A stretch of DNA of 64,000 bases from Clostridia bacterium (GTDB lineage Bacteria > Bacillota > Clostridia > TANB77 > CAG-465): assembly GCA_045651205.1 (NCBI GenBank), contig JAZRSA010000020.1, positions 8,214-72,213 on the forward strand, in the 5' to 3' direction. The position numbers were made by a program, and so were the translations under genes. Numbering within the stretch: the first letter of the stretch is position 1; every line of letters starts with the position of its first letter. Below the pieces are notes generated by a model. That model was not told the origin of the DNA and searched no databases. It saw only the letters and a program-made list of their open reading frames with translations. Shown piece by piece: positions 9,618-20,346 of the stretch.

Positions 9618-10745
9618 ATGGATAACAAGATTAGAGAAGTAGTGAGCAACTTCAGAATTGATGGTGAACTTGTGACGGCTGAAGAGAATGCACAGGGTAA
9701 CATTAACTCTACATACTTGCTTACCTACGCTACAGTAGAAGGAAGTGCAAAGTACTTGCTTCAAAAAATTAACAGTAACGTTTTTAAGGAGCCGTATCTT
9801 GTAATGCGGAATATAGGTTTGGTTAGCAAACATATAAAAAAGAAACTTGAAACTATGCCAGAGTGTGGTTACAAGACTTTGAGCTATGTGCCAACTGTAA
9901 ACGATGAACCTATGTATACGCATATTAATGAAGCGGGCGAGAAGGAGTACTATCGTGTATACGAGTATATCGATGATTGTATTTCTTACAACAACTTTAA
10001 GGATGTAGAAAATCCTGAAGAAGTTGCATATAATGCGGGTAAATGTTTTGGAGCATTCCATATGCTTCTTAGCGATTTCCCTGTAAGTATGCTTGCAGAC
10101 ACTATTCCAGATTTTCATAATACACCTAAGCGTTTTGATGCTTTGCTTGTTGCAATTGAAAATGGAATTACAAACAGAGCTTTTGAATGCCCTGAAGAAA
10201 TTGTTTATCTTATTTCTAAGATAAAAGAATATTCTGCCATTTATAACAAACTTGGTAGAACCATCCCTGTTAGAGTAACCCACAACGATACTAAGTTGAA
10301 TAACATCTTGATGAGCACCACTACAAATAGAGGTGTGGCTGTTATTGACCTTGATACCGTTATGCCGGGTTCTGTACTCTATGATATTGGAGATGGAATT
10401 CGTTCTGCGTGTGCCAACGCTTTTGAGGATGAAACGAATCCTGCAAAGATTTTCATTAATTTAGACCTTGCAAAAGCATATATTAAGGGATATCTTGAAG
10501 AGATGGCATGTTCGCTTACTTATGATGAGGTGCGTTGTATAGGGCTTTCTATCCGCGTAATTACCTATGAACTTGCGCTTAGATTCCTTACAGACTATAT
10601 CAACGGTGATACGTACTTTAAAATTAAGTATAAGACTCACAACAAAGCAAGATTTTTGAATCAGTTTATGCTTCTTAAGGATATTGAGAAGAAAGCAAAT
10701 GAAATTGATGCTTATGTTGAACAACTTTACAGAGATGTAAAGTAA
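9618..10745 (+). CDS. nahK: N-acetylhexosamine 1-kinase-like phosphotransferase (APH/choline-kinase fold)
   Basis: The catalytic-loop region RVTHNDTKLNNILM and VIDLDTVMPGSVLYDIGD closely match what I remember of Bifidobacterium NahK (THNDTKLNNILMD ... VIDLDTIMPGS). 375 aa. Visibly GC-richer than its neighbours. Confidence 0.65.
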   Translation: MDNKIREVVSNFRIDGELVTAEENAQGNINSTYLLTYATVEGSAKYLLQKINSNVFKEPYLVMRNIGLVSKHIKKKLETMPECGYKTLSYVPTVNDEPMYTHINEAGEKEYYRVYEYIDDCISYNNFKDVENPEEVAYNAGKCFGAFHMLLSDFPVSMLADTIPDFHNTPKRFDALLVAIENGITNRAFECPEEIVYLISKIKEYSAIYNKLGRTIPVRVTHNDTKLNNILMSTTTNRGVAVIDLDTVMPGSVLYDIGDGIRSACANAFEDETNPAKIFINLDLAKAYIKGYLEEMACSLTYDEVRCIGLSIRVITYELALRFLTDYINGDTYFKIKYKTHNKARFLNQFMLLKDIEKKANEIDAYVEQLYRDVK

Positions 10746-10766
10746 TGGTGACGAGAGTAAACAAAT

Positions 10767-10799
10767 AAAAATGAGAGAACAAATTGTTCTCTCATTTTT
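10767..10799. terminator. Bidirectional terminator between convergent genes
   Basis: AAAAATGAGAGAAC-AAATT-GTTCTCTCATTTTT. Confidence 0.8.
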
Positions 10800-10824
10800 G
10801 CATTCAATGGAATTTGTATTTATA

Positions 10825-13320
10825 TTAGTTTATATCCATAGATATTTGATTGTCGTTAGTATCTGTGTTTTCTTCAACTTCTTCAGATACAAGTTTTGCT
10901 AAGTTTACAACTCTACCGCCTTCTGAAGTTCTCATTAGTGTTATACCTTGAGTATTTCTTCCAAGTACAGATATGTCGTTTACTTTAATTCTTATTATTA
11001 CGCCAGAAGCAGTTATTAACATTACATCGTCATTGTCTGTTACAACTTTAACACCTATAATGTGTCCTGTTTTTTCTGTTGTTTTATATGTAAGAATTCC
11101 TTTACCAGCTCTAGATTGTGGTCTGTATTCTTCAACTTCTGTTCTCTTACCAAATCCGTTTTCTGTGATTGCTAAGATATAATTGTCTTTTTCAGATGTT
11201 ATTGGTTCCATACCTATAACATAATCATCTTTGCCAAGAGTTATACCTTTAACACCCATTGAAGTTCTTCCTACTGGACGAGCTTCTTCTTCGTTGAATC
11301 TAATAGATAAACCAGTTCTTGTTACAAGGATTACATCGCTTGTTCCGTCTGTTATTCTTACGTCTATGATTTCATCTTCATCTTTTAATGTGATACCGAT
11401 GATACCAGTCTTACGTATGTTAGAATATTCAGATAATGGAGTTTTCTTAACAAGACCATTCTTAGTAGCCATTAATACGTTTAATTTCTCATCGAAGTTC
11501 TTAACTGGGATAACTGCAGCAATCTTTTCACCTTGATCAAGTTGTAATAGGTTAACTATTGCAGTTCCTTTAGCTACTCTAGAAGCTTCTGGTAAATCGT
11601 AAGCTTTAAGTTTGAATACTTTACCTAGTGTAGTGAAGAATAAGATGTAGTCATGAGTAGAAGATACGAATAGATGCTCAACAAAGTCATCTTCTCTTGT
11701 GCCCATAGCAGTAACACCTTTACCACCACGACGTTGACTCTTGTATGCGTCAACTGAAATTCTCTTTACATATCCAAAGTGAGTTATTGTAACAACATTG
11801 TCTTCTTGTTTGATTAGGCTTTCTATTTCTATTTCGCCTTCGCCATGAACAATCATTGTTTTTCTTTCATCACCATATGTATTTTTCATTTCTATAAGGT
11901 CTTCTTTTATTATTTGAAGTACTAATGCTTCACTTGCAAGAATATCTTTTAAGTGTTTAATAGTTTCAAGTAATGCTTGGTATTCTGCTTCGATTTTATC
12001 TCTAGATAATCCAGTTAAAGCTTTTAATCTCATATCTAGTATAGCTTGAGCTTGGATTTCAGATAAACCGAATCTTTCCATTAATGTAGTTCTAGCTTCG
12101 TTATCATCTTTAGCAGCTTTGATTATTTGGATTATCTCGTCGATGTGATCCATAGCAATTCTTAAGCCTTCTAAGATGTGAAGTCTAGCTTCAGCTTTAG
12201 CTAAATCGAATTTAGTTCTTCTGATTATTATTTCTTTTCTGTGTTCGATGTAATGATAAAGAATTTCTTTTAATGTTAATACTTTAGGTTCGTTATTAAC
12301 AAGAGCAAGCATTATCATACTTTGAGTTGTTTGAAGTTCTGTGTGTTTGAATAACATATTAAGAACAACATTTGGATTTGCATCCTTTTTAAGGTCTATA
12401 ACAACTTTAACACCTTCACGGTCTGAGAAGTCGTGTATATCTGAAATACCTTCTAATACTTTATCATTAACAAGTTTAGCTATGTTAGAACATAGAGCTG
12501 CTTTGTTAACTTTATAAGGTACTTCTGTAATAACGATGTGGAATCTACCTTTAGCATCTTCTTCAATTTCTGCTTTTGCTCTTAAGCAAACTTTTCCACG
12601 ACCTGTTTTGTATGCATTTTTCATACCATCATGACCAACTATAATACCACCTGTTGGGAAGTCTGGTCCTTTGATGTGCTCCATAAGTTCTTCGTCAGTT
12701 ATGTCTGGATTGTCTATCATAGCACAAGTTCCGTTTACAACTTCTGTTAAGTTGTGTGGTGGAATGTTAGATGCCATACCAACTGCGATACCATATGAAC
12801 CATTAACAAGTAAATTTGGTATTTTTGCTGGTAAAACTGTTGGTTCCATAAGTCTGTCATCGTAGTTTGGTGCGTAGTCTACAGTTTCCTTATCAATATC
12901 ATTTAGCATTTCTACAGCAATCTTGTGTAGTTTTGCTTCTGTATATCTCATTGCGGCTGGTGGATCGTTATCTATAGATCCAAAGTTACCATGTCCATTA
13001 ACTAGTGGATAACGCAAAGAGAAATCTTGTGCAAGTCTAACAAGCGCGTCATAAACGGCAGCATCACCATGTGGGTGGTAGTTACCTAAAACGTCACCAA
13101 CTATACCAGCACATTTTCTATATGGTTTTTCTGGCCATAAAGCAAGTTCACTCATTACATATAAGATTCTTCTATGAACTGGTTTTAAACCATCACGAAC
13201 ATCTGGAAGTGCACGAGCAACGATAACGCTCATTGCGTAATCTATGTAAGAACGTTTCATTTCGTCTTCTATTTTTACAGGAACAATATGTCCTCCGTTT
13301 AGCAAATTATTTTCTTCCAT
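10825..13320 (-). CDS. gyrA: DNA gyrase subunit A
   Basis: [15 protein letters not shown], active-site region AAMRYTE, and the GyrA-box QRRGGKG in the C-terminal beta-pinwheel. 831 aa. Own promoter TTGCAA-17-TATAAT upstream. No gyrB adjacent. Confidence 0.93.
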   Translation of the reverse strand: MEENNLLNGGHIVPVKIEDEMKRSYIDYAMSVIVARALPDVRDGLKPVHRRILYVMSELALWPEKPYRKCAGIVGDVLGNYHPHGDAAVYDALVRLAQDFSLRYPLVNGHGNFGSIDNDPPAAMRYTEAKLHKIAVEMLNDIDKETVDYAPNYDDRLMEPTVLPAKIPNLLVNGSYGIAVGMASNIPPHNLTEVVNGTCAMIDNPDITDEELMEHIKGPDFPTGGIIVGHDGMKNAYKTGRGKVCLRAKAEIEEDAKGRFHIVITEVPYKVNKAALCSNIAKLVNDKVLEGISDIHDFSDREGVKVVIDLKKDANPNVVLNMLFKHTELQTTQSMIMLALVNNEPKVLTLKEILYHYIEHRKEIIIRRTKFDLAKAEARLHILEGLRIAMDHIDEIIQIIKAAKDDNEARTTLMERFGLSEIQAQAILDMRLKALTGLSRDKIEAEYQALLETIKHLKDILASEALVLQIIKEDLIEMKNTYGDERKTMIVHGEGEIEIESLIKQEDNVVTITHFGYVKRISVDAYKSQRRGGKGVTAMGTREDDFVEHLFVSSTHDYILFFTTLGKVFKLKAYDLPEASRVAKGTAIVNLLQLDQGEKIAAVIPVKNFDEKLNVLMATKNGLVKKTPLSEYSNIRKTGIIGITLKDEDEIIDVRITDGTSDVILVTRTGLSIRFNEEEARPVGRTSMGVKGITLGKDDYVIGMEPITSEKDNYILAITENGFGKRTEVEEYRPQSRAGKGILTYKTTEKTGHIIGVKVVTDNDDVMLITASGVIIRIKVNDISVLGRNTQGITLMRTSEGGRVVNLAKLVSEEVEENTDTNDNQISMDIN

Positions 13321-13455
13321 AATACCCTCCTATTGCTACTCGTTATTATATATGAAAAATGTCTAAATTGCAACTAAAAAGGGTTGAAAAAAGGACAAAT
13401 TATGATATAATAAGCTTGCAATAAACGTAGCAATAAATATAGAAAAGAGGTAGCT

Positions 13456-14391
13456 ATGAAACCAAAGGATTATTATGCTTTGCTTGGCGTGCATAAACGT
13501 TCTAGCAAAGAAGAAATCAAGCAAAATTACAGAAAATTAGCTAAGAAATATCATCCTGATGCAAATGTAGGAAAACCTGAAATGGAAGAAATATTTAAGG
13601 ACCTAACAGTTGGTTATGATATTCTTATGGATAAAGATAAAAAGAAAAAATACGACAGACAAGTCGTTAGATATAATTATGGTGCGCCACCTAAAGTAGA
13701 AAAAGATAAAACGAAGAAGTATGGCGTGAAAAACGAAAATGCAGCAAATGAGTTTGTTTCTACAATACTAGGATTCGGTAAGGATGCAACACAAACAATA
13801 AAAACCAAAGCAAGCGAATTTAAAGTAAATATTGCTTCTAAGAAGATTGCTAAGAAAGGTGATAACATAGAAGCTATATTAGAAATCGCTCTAGAAGATG
13901 GTCTGTTTGGTGCAGAAAAGAAAGTATCATTAAAAGCTGCTGGTGGCAAGGTGAACACATATACAGTACAAGTTCCTAAAGGAATAAAAGATGGTGAGAA
14001 AATAAGACTTGCAGCCTTAGGAAAACCAGGAAAAAATGGCGGTAAGAATGGTGACTTGATTATAACTGTAAAACTAAAAGAACAACTAGATATTAAGTTA
14101 GATAAATTAGATATTATATCTAAAGTAAATCTTTCATATGCACAAGCAATAGTTGGAGATAAGATAAGAATTAAAATGTTTGGTGAAAGTATTGAGGTGA
14201 CAATACCTGCTAATACAAAAGAAAGAGATAAGATTATAGTTGAAGGTAAGGGCTATACAACAAGCGATGGAACAAGAGGAAAACTTATTCTTGAAGCAAG
14301 TGTTACAGCACCAACAACGATAACAGATAAAGAAAGAAAAATATATGAGCAACTTTTAAAGGTTGAAAAACAGCAAACAAGAACAAAGTAA
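13456..14391 (+). CDS. J-domain co-chaperone without zinc finger (CbpA/DnaJ class B-like)
   Basis: J domain DYYALLGV...KKYHPD and a DnaJ C-terminal beta-domain (GDLIITVKLKE). No CxxCxGxG repeats. Confidence 0.8.
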   Translation: MKPKDYYALLGVHKRSSKEEIKQNYRKLAKKYHPDANVGKPEMEEIFKDLTVGYDILMDKDKKKKYDRQVVRYNYGAPPKVEKDKTKKYGVKNENAANEFVSTILGFGKDATQTIKTKASEFKVNIASKKIAKKGDNIEAILEIALEDGLFGAEKKVSLKAAGGKVNTYTVQVPKGIKDGEKIRLAALGKPGKNGGKNGDLIITVKLKEQLDIKLDKLDIISKVNLSYAQAIVGDKIRIKMFGESIEVTIPANTKERDKIIVEGKGYTTSDGTRGKLILEASVTAPTTITDKERKIYEQLLKVEKQQTRTK

Positions 14392-14397
14392 TTTTGT

Positions 14398-14436
14398 GAA
14401 ACTAACAAGCATTAAACGCTTGTTAGTTTCTTTTTT
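14398..14436 (+). terminator. Terminator after the J-domain gene
   Basis: GAAACTAACAAGC-loop-GCTTGTTAGTTTC followed by TTTTTT. It overlaps the stop codon of the convergent gene. Confidence 0.75.
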
Positions 14437-14957
14437 ATAAGAATCAAATAGTCTTTTATTCCTTGTAATATGTTTTTAAATTTTGTAGTTTGTTTTGTTT
14501 CTAAAGCAGGCAGATTTGAACTGTTAATAACGTTTTCTTCAATATTGTATTTATTCATAAAAGAAGTTAATAAATCTTCTTGAATATTTAAATTAAAGCT
14601 CATCAAATTTTCTTTTTCTAGATTTTCTTTTAAACAAAAAGAAAATGTTATTTTTGAATGATGAGCCAAATTTAAAAGTGTACAATAATTTTCGCCTATA
14701 CATTTCGTACATTTGGCAAGATTTGTTTTAATTATATTGTTTTGGTCATCGTCGAAAAAATATTTGATGTATAAGTTGTTTTCGTATTGTTCATAACATA
14801 TATTGTCTATAAGTTCACCATGATAACGTAAAATTATATTATTGTTTTGGGATATGTTCCCGAATATTGTAAAAATATTATTTTCAATAGTTTTTTTGAA
14901 AATACCGTTGCTATATCCAGTGTCGCAAATACAAGAATTATTCGCATTTTCGTCCAT
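14412..14957 (-). CDS. Hypothetical Cys-containing protein
   Basis: I prefer the start at 14957 (MDENANN...), which has AGAGGTG 6 nt upstream. The track ORF begins at 14990. No family recognised. Confidence 0.5.
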   Translation of the reverse strand: MDENANNSCICDTGYSNGIFKKTIENNIFTIFGNISQNNNIILRYHGELIDNICYEQYENNLYIKYFFDDDQNNIIKTNLAKCTKCIGENYCTLLNLAHHSKITFSFCLKENLEKENLMSFNLNIQEDLLTSFMNKYNIEENVINSSNLPALETKQTTKFKNILQGIKDYLILIKKKLTSV

Positions 14958-15192
14958 AAAAACACCTCTACTTACATTGTTTGACATCATTTTACAGTAG
15001 CATTAGAGGTGATGCAACAAAATGTATAAAACTAGACAAAACGGGATAAAAGTAGTGATGATTTGACACAATACAACAAAAAAGACAAAAATATATAATA
15101 TACGAGTTCTAAATAATATAAAAATATTGCACAAAAAAATACTTTGTGATAATATAAATGAGTAAATATGTCAAAATTAGGAGGAAAAGATT

Positions 15193-16977
15193 TTGGGGAA
15201 GAAGAATAAGGGTATAGATTCGCCAGAACAAGTTAACGACGAAGTAAAAAACGAAGTAGTAGAAGAAGCAAAAATAAGCGAAGAAATAAAGGAAGAAAAC
15301 AATATAGTAATAAATGCTGAAACAAAGAAAGACAAGAAGGTTAGAAGCGCAAAGATTGTTGATGAAAACAAATCTAAATTTGCGGGACTTAATAAAGGCC
15401 TTGCCATAGCTGGTATAATAGCAGCTGTTATAGCAATTTGTTTGGTGGCGTTTGCATTAACTAACAAGTTAAATGATAAAGTATATTCAAATATTTATTT
15501 AAACGGTGTAGATATGTCAGGAAAGACAAGAGAAGAAGTTTCTAAATATATAGATGAATATATGAATAAAGTTGCAACAAAACAAGTTGCGATTAAGAAT
15601 GGCGAAACGGATTTAATAATAGTAACAGCGGATTCTATAGATTTAATGATAGATAAGAATACAATGCTTGTTAAAGTAATGGCATATGGTAGAGATAAAA
15701 ACAAAAATATCGTAGCTAACAATTTAGATATTGTTAAAGCATTATTTGAAAAGCAAAATGTAGAATTAGAATATTATTATACTGAGAGTAAACTTACAAA
15801 TGTAGCAACAGAAGCAATTTTAGAAGTTGATGAAAGAGTAAAAGACGATACATATACTGTAGATAAGGAAAGCAATACTCTAATTATAACAAAAGGTGCT
15901 AAAGGAAAAACAATATTAGCAACAGAATTTAAATCTGATCTTTTAGAAACTATGTTAGATGAAACAGACACTATTTATGAGTTAAAATTAGAAGATGCTG
16001 AGCGTAAAGAAATAGATGTAGATGTGCTTTATGCGGAAGTGCATAAAGATGCTAAGGACGCATATGCAGATGAAACAGTGAAACCAGCAATATATTACAA
16101 ACATGAATTTGGAACAACTTTTGATAAAGAAGATTTAAGAAATGTTTTAGCTAAAGAAGAAAATAAAGCTGAGGGGAAAGTTATAAAATATAAATTAACT
16201 ACAACTCAACCAAAAGTAACGATTCAAGAATTAACTAAAACATTATATAAAGATACACTTGGAACTTTTACATCAGACTTCTCAAGTTCAGATGCAAATA
16301 GAGCAAGTAATGTTAGACTTGGTGCTAAAATGCTAAATGGTACAATAGTTATGCCAGGAGAAACATTCTCATTTAATAAAACAATGGGAGATTGCGGATT
16401 AGCGTCAAGAGGATTTAAATCAGCAGCTGTATTCAAGAATGGTAAAGTTGTTAAAGAAATTGGTGGTGGTATTTGCCAAATATCTTCATCACTTTATGTA
16501 GCAGCGTTATATGCTAATTTAGATATAGTAGCTAGAAGCCAACACGCATTGCCAGTAGGATATGTTCCTGTAAGTTTAGATGCTACAGTATATTATCCAG
16601 GATTGGATTTCAAATTTAAAAATACTAGAAATTATCCAATTAAAATTTCAGCAACAACTACAACAAATAAGAGATTGGTTATAAAAATACTTGGAACTAA
16701 AGAAGAGGTAGAATATGATGTGAAATTGACATCATGGGTAACAGAATATATATCTCCTAAAGTTCAAAAACAAAACGACAGCAGTTTATTAGTAGGAAAG
16801 ACTAAGACAATACAAAAAGGCGCAAATGGATATAAATCAGTAGCATATAAAACAGTAAGTTTAAATGGAAAGGTTATATCTAAAACACAATTATCTTCAG
16901 ATAGTTATGGAGCAACACCAACAATAATAGCAGTAGGAACAAAAAAACAAGTAGATATATATAATGAGAAAGAGTAA
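15193..16977 (+). CDS. VanW-family protein with N-terminal membrane anchor
   Basis: TTG start with AGGAGG upstream. One TM helix (GLAIAGIIAAVIAICLVAFAL). VanW core with GGGICQISSSLY. Confidence 0.8.
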   Translation: MGKKNKGIDSPEQVNDEVKNEVVEEAKISEEIKEENNIVINAETKKDKKVRSAKIVDENKSKFAGLNKGLAIAGIIAAVIAICLVAFALTNKLNDKVYSNIYLNGVDMSGKTREEVSKYIDEYMNKVATKQVAIKNGETDLIIVTADSIDLMIDKNTMLVKVMAYGRDKNKNIVANNLDIVKALFEKQNVELEYYYTESKLTNVATEAILEVDERVKDDTYTVDKESNTLIITKGAKGKTILATEFKSDLLETMLDETDTIYELKLEDAERKEIDVDVLYAEVHKDAKDAYADETVKPAIYYKHEFGTTFDKEDLRNVLAKEENKAEGKVIKYKLTTTQPKVTIQELTKTLYKDTLGTFTSDFSSSDANRASNVRLGAKMLNGTIVMPGETFSFNKTMGDCGLASRGFKSAAVFKNGKVVKEIGGGICQISSSLYVAALYANLDIVARSQHALPVGYVPVSLDATVYYPGLDFKFKNTRNYPIKISATTTTNKRLVIKILGTKEEVEYDVKLTSWVTEYISPKVQKQNDSSLLVGKTKTIQKGANGYKSVAYKTVSLNGKVISKTQLSSDSYGATPTIIAVGTKKQVDIYNEKE

Positions 16978-16988
16978 AAGAGGTACTT

Positions 16989-18131
16989 ATGAAAAAATCT
17001 TTTGTGAATATATGGTTTTTAATAATAGTAGTGGTTGCATGTGGATTCCTTGTGAAGAACATAATAGATAGATTTCATGTGGATGAAGATTTATTGAAAT
17101 CCGAAGAATATACTTCGTTATATTATTACAACCAGTTAACAGATGAGCAAAAATTTCAATACGTAAAAATAGATCAAGAAATACAAAAACTAACTAGAGA
17201 CATACATTTTGGGTTTGTTAAAAATTCTGCAATTAAGTCTGATGTTACAGTTGTATTAGCGGCGATATATAATGATAGACCTGAATATTATTATCTACCA
17301 CAAGATTATAATGTAAAAAGTATAAAATTAGGGCCTATTGAATATACAATTTTAAAATTGAATTATACAGTAGATACTAAAAAAGAAAGAGAAAAGATGA
17401 ATCTTGAACTTAATCAAATGGTAGAGCAAATAACATATGAAGTTCTTCATGATAAAATGACAGATTATGAAAAAGAGCTTGCTTTACACGATGCTTTAGT
17501 TAAGAGAGTAAATTATTATACATTTAAGGATATTAAAGAAATACCTATATCAAAACATACTGCTTATGAAGCGTTAATAAAAGGTTCGGCGGTTTGCGAT
17601 GGTATAGCAAAAGCTTATCAATTACTATTAGAAAAAGCAGGAATTGAATCTATAATGGTTACAGGTAAAATAGGCGAAGTTGCACATGCTTGGAATATAG
17701 TTAAAATTGATGACGAATATTATCATGTAGATCCAACATCGGATACTATAGAGATAGAGAATAAAAAACAAGTAATGCATAGATATTTTAACTTGTCAGA
17801 TAAAGAATTAAAAAAGACACATGCGTTAGATAAAGAATTTAAAATTGTAGCGTGTGAAGGAACAAAGTATAATTATTATACATATAACAATTATGAAGTA
17901 AAATATACTGAGAGCTTAAGAAGTAAATTAGTAAAGATAATAAATAAACAACTGGGCGCTGGTATTGTTGAATTTAGATTAGATAAATTATATTCAACAC
18001 AAACGTTATTAGAAGAATTATACTATATTAATTTCAATAAGTGGGAAGATACTAATCAAACAAGTGTAGGATATCATAAAATAGATGATATATACGTGTT
18101 TGAAAATAAGAATACTAAAAGAGTTAGTTAA
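16989..18131 (+). CDS. Transglutaminase-like (papain-fold) domain protein, membrane-anchored
   Basis: N-terminal TM helix, and a Cys-His-Asp arrangement (AVCDGIAKAY ... AHAWN ... HVDPT). Confidence 0.7.
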   Translation: MKKSFVNIWFLIIVVVACGFLVKNIIDRFHVDEDLLKSEEYTSLYYYNQLTDEQKFQYVKIDQEIQKLTRDIHFGFVKNSAIKSDVTVVLAAIYNDRPEYYYLPQDYNVKSIKLGPIEYTILKLNYTVDTKKEREKMNLELNQMVEQITYEVLHDKMTDYEKELALHDALVKRVNYYTFKDIKEIPISKHTAYEALIKGSAVCDGIAKAYQLLLEKAGIESIMVTGKIGEVAHAWNIVKIDDEYYHVDPTSDTIEIENKKQVMHRYFNLSDKELKKTHALDKEFKIVACEGTKYNYYTYNNYEVKYTESLRSKLVKIINKQLGAGIVEFRLDKLYSTQTLLEELYYINFNKWEDTNQTSVGYHKIDDIYVFENKNTKRVS

Positions 18132-18167
18132 AATGAATAATTAAATATATAATGCATAAAATTTAAT

Positions 18168-18815
18168 ATGAAACAGAACTTAAAAGGGTGGTCTGATGAC
18201 CGCCCTTATTATATGATTTATCAAGATAAATATGCTTTAAAAAATATATATGCACAACTTAATATAGATCCCCCGGATGTTGGACTAGTATCGTATATTG
18301 GTACGAATACTAAAAGACAGACGAGGGATTATTCTGTTCATACAGAGCTGGGGAAAAGTAATGAACTAGGAAAAGGAAAAGAAAATAAGGATGGATATAA
18401 GGAAAAAAGAAAGGATAGAAGAGGCAAGATTGGAACTAGTTACATAGATGTTGGAGAATCTAGTATAATTAGAGAATATGCAAATATTCAAGATATAAAA
18501 GAAATGAATAATATGTTGTTTTATAGAAAAATATTGCGTGGAATAATAAAGTATTGTAATGAACAAGATAAACACCCCATTTGTTATATACATTCTACTA
18601 TTGAACTTTATGAAGATTTTGTAGTGGATAATAAGAGTGAAGATGTGTTTGTAAAAATGAAAGGCGATTGTGTTTGGTTAAAAAGAAGTAATATGGAAAC
18701 CAGTGAATTAAATATGGCTAAAATTATGGGTGAGGTTTGTTTAGTTGGATATGTTATCGAAGAAGCAAATGAAAATAGACCAAGGATAATAAAAGCTTTA
18801 GTCATATATACATAA
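18168..18815 (+). CDS. Hypothetical protein with a Lys/Arg/Glu-rich central segment
   Basis: 215-aa ORF in native AT-rich composition. No recognisable Shine-Dalgarno. TATAAT lies 14 nt before the ATG. No family recognised. Confidence 0.4.
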   Translation: MKQNLKGWSDDRPYYMIYQDKYALKNIYAQLNIDPPDVGLVSYIGTNTKRQTRDYSVHTELGKSNELGKGKENKDGYKEKRKDRRGKIGTSYIDVGESSIIREYANIQDIKEMNNMLFYRKILRGIIKYCNEQDKHPICYIHSTIELYEDFVVDNKSEDVFVKMKGDCVWLKRSNMETSELNMAKIMGEVCLVGYVIEEANENRPRIIKALVIYT

Positions 18816-18866
18816 ATATTTACATTAATAAGCTAGAATGGTATAATACGACTAACGGAGGTTACT

Positions 18867-20339
18867 ATGACAGTAAAGGAGTTAATAAAATTATTAGAAA
18901 ATAACGGTGGCGTTACAAAAACAGTGGTATATGAAAATACAAATAATGTAGAAGTTAAGGATATAACATACAATTCTAAAGCTGCTACTAAAGATTCTGT
19001 GTTTTTTGTAAAAGGAGCCAACTTTAAAGTGGAATATATAGAAGATGCTATAAACAGGGGCGCGATTTTAGTTATAGCAGAGAAAGAATATGACATACAA
19101 AACGCAGGACTTGTTGTTGTACCTGATATTAGACATGCAATGGTGGTTTGTGCTGAAGAATTCTTTAATAAAGCATATAACAAAATAAATATGGTTGGAT
19201 TAACTGGAACAAAGGGTAAAACAACTACTGCAACATACATACATAATATATTAAATTTAGAAAAAGGAGAAAGAACAGCACTTTTATCTACTATAGAAAC
19301 ATATACAGGTAAAAGATGTGAAGAATCTCACTTGTCTACACCAGAGGCTATAGAACTACAAAGGTATATAGCAGAAGCTGTAGAATCAGATTTAAGATAT
19401 CTTGTAATGGAAGTATCATCTCAAGCAACTAAAACAGAAAGAATATTAAATACTAGTTATGATATAGGAATGTTTTTAAATATATCTGAAGATCATATAA
19501 GTCCAGCAGAGCATCCTAATTTTAATGATTATTTAAATTCTAAATTAGAGTTTTTGAAAAAGTGTAAAACAGTAATAGTTAACTACGAAACAGATTATCT
19601 AGAAGCTGTTTTGGATGCTGCTAAGGATGTTGAAAAATTAGTGACTTTTGGACCTGAAGAATTAAAAGATAAAGTGGATGTATATTATACAAATATACAT
19701 AGAGAAAACGAACAGCTTGTATTTGAACTTGTGGATAATGGGGATAAAACAACATTCAAAACTAGAATGATGGGAGATTTCAATGTTCAAAATGCAACTG
19801 CTGCAATTCTTACAGCAAGAGAATTAGAAGTTAAAGAAGAAAATATACTAAAAGGAATTGAAATGACCACTGTATCTGGAAGAATGAATGTGTTTAAAGG
19901 AAATAATAAAACAGTTATAGTAGACTATGCGCATAACAAATTGAGCTTTGAGAAATTTTTCGAAGCAGTAAAAAAAGATTATCCAAATTCAGAAATAGTT
20001 GCCTTGTTTGGTGCACCTGGGGGTAAAGCTTATGGTAGAAGACAAGCTATGTCTGAGGTTGCAAGTAAATATGCAAACAAGATATATTTAACAGCAGATG
20101 ATCCGCAATTTGAAGTAGTTAAAGATATATGTAATGAACTTGCTACATATATAACTGTACCATACGAGATAATAGAAGATAGAAAACAAGCAATAGAGTA
20201 TGCGTTTAATAATATGAAAGAAAACGGGGTATTATGCTTGCTTGCTAAAGGTGAAGATAGATACCAACAAGTAAGAGGAAAACTAGAAGACTATGAATCG
20301 GATGTGGATATTGCAAAAAATATAACAAAAGAAGGATAG
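18867..20339 (+). CDS. murE: MurE-family UDP-MurNAc-tripeptide synthetase (third-residue ligase; motif suggests non-DAP specificity)
   Basis: Mur ligase P-loop GLTGTKGKTTT. 490 aa. C-terminal DDPQ occupies the position of the DNPR meso-DAP recognition motif. Confidence 0.8.
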   Translation: MTVKELIKLLENNGGVTKTVVYENTNNVEVKDITYNSKAATKDSVFFVKGANFKVEYIEDAINRGAILVIAEKEYDIQNAGLVVVPDIRHAMVVCAEEFFNKAYNKINMVGLTGTKGKTTTATYIHNILNLEKGERTALLSTIETYTGKRCEESHLSTPEAIELQRYIAEAVESDLRYLVMEVSSQATKTERILNTSYDIGMFLNISEDHISPAEHPNFNDYLNSKLEFLKKCKTVIVNYETDYLEAVLDAAKDVEKLVTFGPEELKDKVDVYYTNIHRENEQLVFELVDNGDKTTFKTRMMGDFNVQNATAAILTARELEVKEENILKGIEMTTVSGRMNVFKGNNKTVIVDYAHNKLSFEKFFEAVKKDYPNSEIVALFGAPGGKAYGRRQAMSEVASKYANKIYLTADDPQFEVVKDICNELATYITVPYEIIEDRKQAIEYAFNNMKENGVLCLLAKGEDRYQQVRGKLEDYESDVDIAKNITKEG

Positions 20340-20346
20340 TGATAAA

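Noticed and set aside
9432-10283. A 283-aa minus-strand ORF overlapping the tatD end, the intergenic promoter and the kinase gene.
   Set aside because: It is antisense to a gene with clear NahK-like motifs and it runs across a terminator and a promoter. Its sequence is Cys/Phe/Ile-rich junk-like. I read it as a shadow ORF.
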